NCBI GenBank assembly: GCA_051453625.1
Contig: JBOZIK010000001.1
Coordinates: 18,807,585 to 18,840,458, forward strand
Reading direction: 5' to 3'
DNA from: Welwitschia mirabilis
Taxonomy: Eukaryota
DNA length: 32,874 nucleotides
Part shown: piece after piece, positions 22,086 to 32,874 of the stretch
Position numbering within the stretch: the first letter of the stretch is position 1
How the letters are laid out: each line of letters starts with the position of its first letter
Notes under the pieces: generated by a model
What the model saw: the letters and a program-made list of their open reading frames with translations, nothing else
The model's database searches: none
What the model was told of the DNA's origin: nothing
Position numbers and translations under genes: made by a program

Positions 22086-24051
22086 CTTTTTTTTTTTTTT
22101 GGAAGAAAGTTGTGTTTTCATTCCATATATGAATCATTTTATGTACAAACTCCTCTAAAACAACACAATAAGCTAATTACAACCAAAACCATAGCAAGGA
22201 AGTTTGCTCAAAGCTAAGTGGAAAACAAAAATAAAACTATGGATAACAAAAATAAAAGTATGTGTACTGAGGCTGAATGAACATAAGCTTACACCAAGTC
22301 ATGTTCCTATTAGTCCTTTTCATTTTAGTAATCCCTGTCATTTTAGCTTCAATTAAAATTTCTTTGCACATCAACAATCTGACATCTAAAAACTGCATGG
22401 TTTCTGACTCTCCATACTAAATAAGCTAGACAAGCAAAGCAAGCTCTGATGATCTTGTCTATGATGTTGTTACTGCCATAATCATCAAGTAACCAGCTAT
22501 ACAACTCATTCCATGAACATGAAGAAGGAGAGTTATGTAATAAATGCATAGCTCAGGATAGCAAATTGATGGAGAACAGGAATTCAAAAAAGAGGTGATC
22601 TCTAGACTCCACACACATGTTATAAAGAGGGCACAGTGCACTATCAATCATATTCCAACTAAAAAGCTTCTCTCTAGTCATGATTCTATCCAAGCAGTTA
22701 AGTCAACATATAAACCCATGTTTAAGAACCATAAACTTACTCTAAGAAAGTATGATCCATCTCTATCTGATCCCTGAAGTTCTGATAATAGAATATGCTA
22801 TAGTAGTAGTAAAGTAACACCTCCCGTAATCCAAATGGGATTATGAGATGACTGCACACACTTGAGCGCTTCATTTTTAAGTCTGAAGATCTTCTTTATG
22901 GGCCAATAGGTCTGTTGTTTAATCTCAAAAGCCCAAAAACTAATCCTGTGGAAGTAATATTCATGCACTCACTTCACCCACAAGTTTTCCTTCCTCAAAG
23001 TGATGCCCCAGATCAAGGTGAGAATCAGTGCAAAGTTGAACTTCTTTGTATTCTTCAAACCTAATCCCCCTTCTTCCTTGGGCTTGATAATTCTCTCCCA
23101 TGCCACCAAAGTTGTCCTAGAGGATAGTTGATTAATACTTGACCACCAGAAGTTCCTGCAGATTTTATCGACATCTCTGATAACCTTTTTAGATAAGAGA
23201 AAAACTCTATACTAATAGTTTATCAAGCTTTGTAGAACTGACTGAATTAATAGTAGCCTTCTTGCATAGCTCAAGAATCTAGTAGTCCAGCAAGAAACCC
23301 TGACAATAACCTTGTTAATCAAAGATTGACAATCAGATATATTAAGACATCTAGAATGCAATGACACCCCTAAATATTTTACAGGAAGTGAGCCTTCCTG
23401 AAAATTCATCAAATGAATGAGTTGTTGTCTTTCCACTGTGGAGACGTCTCTAAAGTACATCTGGATTTTTCTNNNNNNNNNNNNNNNNNNNNNNNNNNNN
23501 NNNNNNNNNNNNNNNNNNNNNNNNNNNNNNNNNNNNNNNNNNNNNNNNNNNNNNNNNNNNNNNNNNNNNNNNNNNNNNNNNNNNNNNNNNNNNNNNNNNN
23601 NNNNNNNNNNNNNNNNNNNNNNNNNNNCTCTCTGGAAGATGCCATCAGCTAAAGATTTCTAGTTAAGTATTTCATGACTATTGTAAATAGATATGGTGAT
23701 AAAGGATCATTATGTCTAAAGCACTCTCTGACCAGGGAAATAACCTGATAATTCATCATTCACTGAAATGGAATAGTGTGCAGAGCAAACACAAGTGAGG
23801 ATTCATTTGATGAACCTGTAGGGAAATACCAAGGTATGTAGCATAGCTTTAAGGAAGTCCCAAGAAATTGAGTCATAAGCCTTCTTCAAGTTAATTTTAA
23901 TAGTGCACCTTGGACTAATATTCTTCCTTCCATAATATTGTACTAACTCTTGAGCTAGAAGAATATTATGGATGATGGATCTACCGGGACTAAAAGCAAC
24001 TTGTTCCAAACTGATAATAGAGTCAATCATACCTCTAAACCTATTATTGAG
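22086..24051 (-). mobile_element. 5'-truncated L1-type LINE (RT through zf-RVT), degenerate
   Basis: Exact 16-bp TSD TTAGTTACTTCTTCTT (22070-22085 and 24052-24067). 14-nt poly(A) tail (T run 22087-22100). Peptides EQVAFSPGRSIIHNILLAQELV...KINLKKAYDSISWDF, LPVKYLGVSL...LSYARRLLLIQSVL, CALFITCVWSLE and AYLVWRVRNHAVF. Confidence 0.93.
23473..23627. other. Assembly gap / masked run of 155 N inside the LINE RT
   Basis: Run of N seen directly in the sequence. Confidence 0.99.
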
Positions 24052-25913
24052 TTAGTTACTTCTTCTTACTACATAATAAATTAAACATAATGCTCCCTCC
24101 TTTTTTAACAAGTGATAATCATTATTTAACTAAAAATAGTGGATCCTCTTTAGTGGTGGTCGATAATAGAATATCACCTACTATTTCTACATGAAAAAGG
24201 GCTTGATCTGTCATTACTTACTAGTAGGCCATAATTATATTCTTCTACAATATGTGTTTCTTTCTTTGTAATTATGTAATAAATGTAAGGATATATTTTA
24301 TCATCAATAAACACTCTATGATAAACTTACCTAATGCACAACAAGTTATTAAATATATTATTATATTCTATCACTAAGTGATGGGATTGTGACAAATGAA
24401 AAATAAAATATTTTTTAAAGTTTTCTAAATAAAGATATGAAAATATTACTTAAACTAATTTGGTCTCATAAAATTAACCTTTTCATCATAAAATATTATT
24501 TTATTATTTTAATTTTACTAAATACTAGAGAAAAATATTTCATAAAATGGTAACTTTAAGTAGCTATCATTATCCCCTTCATATAATGTAATGATCCTCT
24601 ATTACCTGATGTAATAAATTTATAACATTTATTATCACTTCAAAATTATGTATCATTAAGTCTCATTTGTAAATTAAAATTAAAATTTTATTCATGAACC
24701 AACAAGAGTAGTGAAGTCATTTGAAATTTATAAATAACATGAATAATAATGAGTTATGATTTTCATTAATGAATACTAAGAAGGTAATAAGTAATATTTT
24801 CAAAAAGCACAAAATAAAATTTGAATATTACAAAATGTAAAATATATATGAAGTACACAGATTTAAATTCTAATGAAAATGCATCATGAATTATAAAAAA
24901 TTTATATTATATTTGAAAATATAACCAAATCTTCCTTTCTTGTGATTCTCCTTCCTTCTCTCTCATAAATTATAGTAGTCAGCTTATAGCTCTTCTAATA
25001 ATCTCAAAAAGTGATAAGTACCTATTGCATGTGTATCACTCATCAATAGAATTATATTGTAGCTTATTAAAAAGTAATAAGAACTTTACATATGTACCTT
25101 TTCTATTTCCTCACCACCCATCCTTTTCTTTTTAAACTTTTTTCAAGAGAGGAAAAGAACACATGTAGATTTATTTTATTTGTGTACTTGATTACATGAA
25201 AATGTACCCAGCATGTTGAAATGAATAACATAATATTTAGGGTTTCATCATGTCTTTTTCATAAATCGAGGTGAAAAGTACCCTATGTAAGATTGTCTAA
25301 ATGGTTAATTTCTCAATCTATGATTTAGACATAATTCCTTAGCCTTTTAATTGTCATTTAATTTTTTTAGTCTCATCTAAGCCTCCATAAGTTTCCTTAA
25401 ATTAAAGAATTTTATGAGTTTTAAAAATATTTGCGAAAGTCTAAGTAGTTAATAGTAATGAACACATATAAATATCAAATAATATATATTGCTTTTGCAT
25501 TTCATATACTTTAATAATAGTGAAATTAAATCATCACATGAGTTATAAATTTATGTTTTTAAAGATACTATATACTAGTGGATAATCATTAATGACAAGA
25601 TCCATTAGGGCTTATTCTTGATCTAATCTATCTTGTTTTTAATAATCTTATACTATCATAGATTTTGGGTTTAAACCTCATGTGCATCATACAAAGAGAA
25701 GTTATGCTTCTCTTAGAGTTACCTAGAATTAAATCCACAATGAGATTGTATGAAATTCTATTACTTGATACTTATAATAAGGTGCTAGAAATAATTTAAT
25801 CTTGTATTCAAGTTTGTTTACAGTGATACATATCAACATAAAAAGACCATTGCGAGGGAGGAGTGAGCAAGGTTGGAGTGAGCGAAGGTGGAGTGAGTGA
25901 GGGTAGAGCTCCG

Positions 25914-27556
25914 ATGGTAGCATAGAAGGAGTCTGCTTATGCAGCTCACTCGAAAGGCGAGGGGAGACATAGCTTCTAGTGGTGAAGTGTATGATGTAGG
26001 TATCGCTAGTTGTGAACTCGTATCAATGCTTCCCTGATAAAACCAAATACTAGAGTTTCTACCATGAAAGTATAGGAAACTTCTGGAATACCTCCTAAAG
26101 ATAGCAGAACATGTTCTTGGGTGGACATCATGTCTACGAACCATGATGTGGAGGCCAGTCTCAAACTGGACTTTATCGCCCAGCAATTTTCCTTGACGAA
26201 AGTTTACATCGAAGAAACAGAATGGTAGCAGGGCATTTACACATGGGAGAACTCACTCCTCAGCTTCATATTTAGCCTGAATCCCCATATCCTCAAGAAG
26301 TAGAACTACATCAGAAACCATTGGGAAGGAGAATACATAGTCACAGCCTCACAAATAGAAATAGGTACATTTTTATTCAAAATTTAGTTAAAAGCACAAA
26401 TGCGAAATGTATTAGAAAATGGGCCATGGCCATTTGATAACAGGACATTAATTCTAAAGCCTTGGACTTCAACCTTAATCTTAGATGTTGATAAAATATC
26501 CAAGGTTCCAATCTGGTTTAAACTACGGCTTAAATTTGCACCTCTGGTCAGCTAGGGTTCTTTCAAAAATAGCAAGCATGGTGGACAAGCCAATCTACAC
26601 AGACATAGTCATAGCGGCTCAAAAGAGGCTAAGCTACACTAGGGTTTGCATGAAAATCTCATCAAATTTTGATATTCTGGCAAGTATCACTTTGAAAGGG
26701 CTGAATGGAGTCTCCATGAACCAGAAAGTAGTGTATGAATGGATGCCTCCTAGATGCGCCCAATGTGTTTTCTTCAAACGTTTGGTTGATCGATGTCCTA
26801 AAAAGAATAAAACCTCTCAAATCTAGAATTCGCTTCCCTCAGACCCTAACCCTTCTTTGGTCTTTGATAATCCATAAGAAGAGTAGGAAACTGTAACCAG
26901 AAATAATGCCTCCTAGTCAGATCCAGGCTCGGCTTATGTAGCAACACAATTAAGACCCTCCTAATATCAATCCACAGCCATCTCCCTCTCAGGATCTGCT
27001 TCTATGGCCCATATAGAGATCCCCTAGGCTTCGGTAATTAAATCACATCTTAAGGTTAAGGATCTAAGCACGATGCCAGGAACCACCTTAGCTTGCTTCG
27101 AGTGAAAGACATAGGCTTCCTCTTTGGCCCAGAACCAGCTAGAAATTCTTTTGACATCCCTTGTTAGGCGTTGAATCTTAATCTCTAGGGCTTGTCTCCA
27201 AACGCCCTCAGTGAACCTCTAGAAGGTGTTCCTTAGCTAAAGCCTCCCAGTCTCAATATTAAGTTGGACATCTCGTCGACGCAAACTTCTAAAGATGTTA
27301 TCAACCAACATTTGCCAGAAGCTCTAAGGATGCAGTGCTTTCTATAAGCCCTAGGCTTCTCCCTCTAGGTAAGTTCCTACTCCCAAACTCTCATATTTGT
27401 TCCAAAGGTACTATTTCCATAGATTTAGTACCTTTAGACAGGGCTATGATAAACATCGAATCTTCTTCAAAAACTCTTGGTAACTCTGTTTCTCATTGAA
27501 AAACAAAAAGGGGAAGGGGAAAAGGTGGGTCTGATTTCCTGAAAATTACTCAATGA
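25914..27556 (+). pseudogene. LINE ORF1 (DUF4283 plus CCHC zinc knuckle), degenerate
   Basis: VLENGPWPFDNRTLILKPW (~26408-26465), LNLHLWSARVLSKIASMVDKPIYTD...RLSYTRVC...VVYEWMPPRCAQC...C. Basic C-terminus KTKRGRGKGGSDFLKITQ* ends at 27556. Start is approximate. Confidence 0.85.
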
Positions 27557-30500
27557 AGGCTGCTTCATAGAACCTAAGAGGCCTGAACAGTTCCGATAAA
27601 TAATGTGAAATTTATCTCCTTATTTCTAAGTTTAAAGTTAGTATAGCAATAATTTTGGAAATAAAATTTTAATTAAACAGAGCTAATTTCATTACAAAAA
27701 AATGCTTGCCAAACTCGTGCTGAAAATTCACCCATAATTTCTCAAACTTTTCAAATGGCGGGATTTTGTTATTATGGAACTCTACAATGATTCAAATTAT
27801 AGTAAAATATGTCTCGCTTCAAATGATTAATTATGAAATGACTGTAAATAGCATAGTAATGATGTTATCCTTTATTTATGCTTTTAACACCCCAAGGATA
27901 GACAATCCCTATGGACAGATATCCACAACATCAGTAGGAATGCTAAAATCCCATGGGCTCTAATGGATGATTTCAATTGCATTACTAACCCTAGGAAAAA
28001 GTTAAATAGAGCCTCAGTGTCTATTAAAGACATAAAAGAATTTCAGAACCTATTTTTTAATATGGATCTTTCAGATCTAAAGCAATGTGGGTGTTTCTTC
28101 ACGTGATCAAACAAGCACCAATCGTAGAAAAGAATCCATTGTAAACTAGACAAGGCACTTGTAAATAGTCACTAGTTAGACTCGTCCCCACAATCTTTTG
28201 CAGAGTTTCTCCCTCTAGGTCTCTTAGACCATCCCCTATCATTCTCCATCTTAGTAAAGGCTTTAAAGTCTCCCACTTTTAGATTTATAACTTCTAGTAT
28301 GAACACCCAAATTTCTTAACTTTGGTTAAGGCTTGATGGAATAGCCCTTTAGGCTGTAATTCCCTAGATGATCTACAAAAGAAACTTTAGCTTATTAAGA
28401 TAGCTCTAAAAGAAAGATTTTCTAGAGTGATCAGATTGTTAAACTCTCAAGTTCATGTTGCTAAATGAGTGCTCTCAGATATCCAAAATCAATTAGAGTC
28501 CTTTTCCATGTGAGAAGATCTTATCCAAAAAGAAAAAGAAGTATCCTTGGAGTACAAAAAAGTTATTTGGCATCAATACCTGCTCAATAAGCAAAAATCA
28601 AAAATCAAATGGGCTTTGAAGGGATATTTAAACTCATCTTACTTTCATGCTTACCTCAAGCAAAGGAGCCTCTCATCTGCAATAAGGGCTCTATATGATG
28701 ACAATGGAATCCTTCTAAGTAATTAGCAAGAAATAAACCAAAAAATCATAGATTATTTCCAATCACAGCTTGGCCAAAAAGGTACAGTTACACCCTTGGA
28801 CACCTCTATTATATTAGCTGGCCCTTTGATTTCAAAATAGCAATGTTTGAACTTATGTAGGCCCATAACATATAAGGAGATTAAAAACACTTTTTTCACA
28901 ATGGGTGACAACAAATCTGTAGATCTGGATGGTTTTTTAGTTATGTTCTTTAAATCAGCCTGGGAAGTCATAGGAGTAGATGTTTACAAAGCTATTAAAT
29001 TGTTCTTCCCTGAAGGGAGGATGATAAAAAGAAGAAACACCATAACTATTATTTTAATACTTAAAATAAGTAGCTCCTCTGTGGCCTTGGATTTCAGACC
29101 TATAGCGTGTTGCAATATAACTTATAAAGCTATCTTCACCATAATCACAAACAGACTCAAAGAAGTGCTATCGAATTTAATAGCAGATGACAAAGCGGCC
29201 TTCATCTCCCATAGAAGTATTATTTATAATATTCTTCTAGCCTAAGAACTGGTCTAGCACTACTCAAGAAAATGGATTAGTCCTAGGTGTGCTCTAAAAG
29301 TAAATCTAAAGAAATCCTATAACTCAGTCTCTTAGCATTTCCTTTTCTACTTGTTGGAAGGCTTTTAGTTTCCTTTCAAGCTGATCAAGTAGATTAAAGC
29401 ATGCGTATTCACATTCTAGTTTTCTATCATCATCAATAAAGGAATGGAGGATTATTTCCCAGGCAAAATAGGTCTAAGGTAGGACGACCCACTGTCCCCC
29501 TACGTATTCTTCCTTACCATGGAATACCTTTCAAGGTGCTTGAACAAATTGATTTAAAATTCACTATTCCATTATCACTCCAAATGCAGAAGGCTTAATA
29601 TCAATTATCTTTGCTATGCAGATGATCTATTCGTTTTCAGTAGGGCAGATGACAGCTCCATCTACATTCTAAAATTAGGTTTAAACCACTTTGCTCAGGT
29701 GTCAGGTCTATAGGCAAATGGGTCTAAAAGTCAGGTTTTTTCTGGAGGACTAAATCAAGGCAAAAAAGAAAGATACCTCTAGCTCTTAGAATTTTCAAAA
29801 GGCCTACTTCCAGTGAAATACCTTTGGATTCCTCTAAATTCAAAAAAGCTATCAATTATAGATTAACTTCTGCTAATCCTCAAGGTTATAGAAAAAGTTA
29901 GATCCTAAATCGCTAAGCTCCTATCATATGCAGGGAGATTGGTTCTAATAAAGGCAGTCCTCTAAACTATTTCGTCCTATTAGTGCAGAATCTTCATCCT
30001 CTCAAACAAGGTTATTAATGAGATTAATACTATTTGCAGAAGATTTCTATGGATTGGTAAAGAAGACTAGATCAAAAAAGCCCCAATTGCTTGGCCCTTA
30101 ATGGCTAAACCAAAGGTAACAGGAGGTCTGGGGTTAATAGGCTCTGCTCTAATGAACAAAGTGCTAGTGCTCACACAGTTTTGGGATTTGACACTTAAAA
30201 AAGACATTTTATGGGTTAAATGGTGCCATGAATTCTACTTTAAATAAACAGACATTTGGCAGTATTAATAAAGCCCAATACCTCCTGGATAATCAAGAAA
30301 ATTTTGAAGCTAAGAACCCTTGCAGAAGGCTATGTGCATAGATTAGAGCTAATAGTCAAATGGACAACACCAGATAAGCCTTTCTCAACCTCTGCTTCCT
30401 ATGCATATCTAGTAGGTCACTGTCCAAAGGTAGATTGGGCTTCATTGGTTTGGAACTGATTCTCAGTCCCAAAATATGCCTTTGTGGCATGGCTAGCATG

Positions 30501-30950
30501 TCATAACAGACTTTACACAAAAAACAAAATGGCCAAATGGGCATCCTAATTGACCCAACCGACATCTTATGTGAGATGGAAGTGGAAACTAGAGATCACC
30601 TTTTCTTCGAATGCCCTCCTTGTGCCAATCTCCTCTAAGCTGCTTTGGGTCTGATAAACCCTCATCCCCCTGTTTCTTCTTAGAATGGTCTACTAGCATG
30701 GTTTAAATGTAGATGGATATTAAAGTCAGCCCAACATAGCATTCCAAAATTCATGTTTTCATCTTGCTTATACCATGTTTGACAAGGAAGAAATGATTTA
30801 ATTTTTAGAAAGAAACCATTCGATCTCTCTCACTTCATCAAAGAAATCAAATTTTAACTTACCTAAAAACTTCATTCTATTTACCATCTTAAAAATTCTT
30901 AGAAAAACCACTTGTGGGGCCAAATGATTGGCATTTCTTCTTTGTTCCTT
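27553..30950 (+). pseudogene. LINE ORF2 (APE endonuclease, RT, zf-RVT), degenerate
   Basis: MKAAS*NLRGLN start, a DFNCI motif, KLDKALVN, LDH, DFRPIACCNITYKAI, R*DDPLSPY, LCYADDLFVF (~29610-29639), LSYAGRLVLIKAVL and ETRDHLFFEC. End is approximate. Confidence 0.92.
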
Positions 30951-32616
30951 GGAAGAGATCCATAACCTAGTTAGAGGGCATAAAGTTACTGGGTACAAAT
31001 AGTTTTAACAGCTCTTGTTTAAGCGGTGTGCAAGAAGAGCAGGAGTCCTCAAAACCATCCCCCTTGACCCTCCAAGCAGGCTGTTTATTCCCAAAGGAGA
31101 AGGGCTAATCTTATGTTAGAATTACAGTCTCTGTCTCAATCTCTGCATAGGCCCTGATGGTTTTTCTTGGATAAGCAGCTATTCCCCCATGCATAGAGGG
31201 GCTTTTAGCCTCAGCTAGAAAGTGTATTTCTGGGGATAGAGGGGCAGGCCATGAGCATCCTCACCTTAAGATAGTGTTGCAGTCTTGTTAGGCCCTACTT
31301 AAGGGTAGTATATTACTTTTCATGGAGCTTCTCTAAAGCCCTGTAATGAATAAGAATCAGATTTTATGCATCATAATCAAAGGATTCCATTTGGAGGTTC
31401 TCCTCCAACAAGTAAGTCTCCAATAATCAGCCAGCCTAGCTAAAGCTGGGAGAATGTTTAATCTTAGAGGTGGCACTGCTGGGATCCAGATTTTCCTCCA
31501 CAACCTTCCTGCTACTTCTACAGGTCAGCAAAATCACAACCGTGCTTATTATCTTTCAATAGCTACTGCAAGTTTTTTTGGTATTCTCAAATTCCTAGAT
31601 TAAAGCTCAGGCTCAGATTCTTTAGGGCATTTAGCAAATGTTCTGCTACTTTCTTGTATTCTACAGGAGTTTTTGTACTTCTAACATCTATAGTAATGGA
31701 ATACCACTCAAATTTCATTTAAAAAAATAATTTAATCTTATCCTTATTTACATTTAACATCTATGAATACTCAACTCAGATTATCTAAGGGAGTTATGAT
31801 CTATCCTCTTTCTAAGATTTACTAGTCTCATGGTAAATGATTAGTTTAGAAAACTAATGAGAAAATAGGTAGACAAATAAATATTGATATGAAGAATCTA
31901 CATAAAATACATGATGCTCAAATGTAATAATGAAGATGATAGGTATGGTATGAATAACAGATGAATTTTTTAAATATCCATAAGTCATCTCGATATAACT
32001 AGTAATCATAATGTTGTAAAAATAAATTTGATAGTGCATGAAGTAATCAGAGATATATTACTAATTCATCTACTTAATGTTAACCAAATAAGTTCTTGAG
32101 AAACAAATTTTTAAACAATCAATAAAAATAAGTAATCTTCATATTGCTATAGAACATAGTAGAATAACTAGATTATTTACTTCTTACATGTAACATTTGG
32201 AATTTTTATCAATAATACCCTTAATATGTTAGATGAGTAGTAGTAGGTTTATCTTTTGAATTGCAGAAGTGTAACGTAAATTCTAGGGGTGATATGAAAA
32301 ATGTATTAAATAAAATAAAAATAACTTTTTTACTTGCATGTAAAACCCTTAGATGAACATTGATGTTTTATATCTTTGTGTGTATATCATTAGATACATC
32401 TTTTACATCATGATAATAATTTATCTGATCATTCTTCTCTTCTACATTTTTTTTGTTTTTAAAGTAGAAAAATCTTTTATTTTCTTATTTATTATCTTAA
32501 GTACAATTTCACATAGTAAGTTCTTATGGAAATTACTATAGCTTTAACATGGATTTATTTCATGTAATAATAGCTATGAGAAAAAATAATTAAAAAAATA
32601 ATATAGAAAAAATGAG

Positions 32617-32874
32617 TGTCATGTCCAGAATTTAAGGTTCAAGGATTAGCTTAAAAACTAAATTAAAATAATTTTATTATTATAAAGTCTATAAGCTAAT
32701 GCAGTTATTGTATTTATATTTTAGAAAATTATGTACTTAAAAGTTACTCATGTTGTACTAGCTACCATATTATTATGTTGTTGTAATTCTTAGTAATTAT
32801 GATCTAGATTGACAAAGTTAGTGGTTTTAATAGTGGGTAAATTAATGAATTTCATTAATATTATTTTTAGTTAT
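32617..32874 (+). repeat. 5' start of a third copy of the Gypsy-like LTR (runs off the window)
   Basis: TGTCATGTCCAGAATTTAAGGTTCAAGGATTAGCTTAAAAA aligns with 5456 and 13013 and retains the canonical TG. Confidence 0.85.

Larger units (their letters stand above)
25804..31724 (+). mobile_element. Full-length degenerate L1-type LINE (~5.9 kb)
   Basis: Exact 15-bp TSD AAATAATTTAATCTT (25789-25803 and 31725-31739). Short A tail. 5' UTR, ORF1 and ORF2 are all recognisable. Confidence 0.92.

Noticed and set aside
24068..25788. Scattered CACTA/TAGTG/CTAGT words suggesting CACTA or Helitron ends
   Set aside because: There are no paired TIRs, subterminal repeats or 3' hairpin, and such words are expected by chance.
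25833..26186. 117-aa minus-strand ORF at the LINE 5' end (ORF0-like)
   Set aside because: It starts at a non-ATG codon, is the antisense of a GC-rich UTR/ORF1 start and has no motif support.
31854..32541. Short hydrophobic ORFs (31854-32039, 32353-32541; likewise 19546-19767)
   Set aside because: Their I/F/L/Y-rich composition is typical of chance ORFs in AT-rich DNA.

Overview
AT-rich, CpG-depleted plant-type genomic DNA with no intact host gene. It is a nested cluster of decayed transposons. Left to right: (1) a short CpG-retaining promoter-like segment; (2) a LINE ORF1 remnant (+) fused to a truncated Sirevirus-like Copia fragment (-; gag start, PBS, 5' LTR); (3) a complete degenerate Ty1/Copia element on the minus strand (3223-19248; 1.1-kb LTRs, PBS, PPT, TSD TGTAA/TATAA), inserted into an older LTR that carries the same decayed AGACGTCT palindrome array; (4) inside the Copia RT 'APRAW' motif, a pol-deleted Gypsy (Tekay/Del-like) element (5456-15004; 1.9-kb LTRs, TSD ACCCT/ATCAT); (5) inside that element, an apparent multi-exon, intron-containing pseudogene with weak Ulp1/C48-peptidase-like motifs; (6) a 5'-truncated LINE (-; 16-bp TSD) spanning a 155-N gap; (7) a full-length LINE (+; 15-bp TSD) with overlapping ORF1 stop/ORF2 start and an unusually long 3' segment; (8) the start of a third copy of the Gypsy-like LTR at the right edge. 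All coding regions are pseudogenised, mostly by stops consistent with C>T/G>A changes. Family assignments come from motif recognition by eye; no database search was run. I see no convincing novel system. The best leads are the intron-bearing cargo in the Gypsy-like element, the palindrome arrays and the LINE 3' segment.
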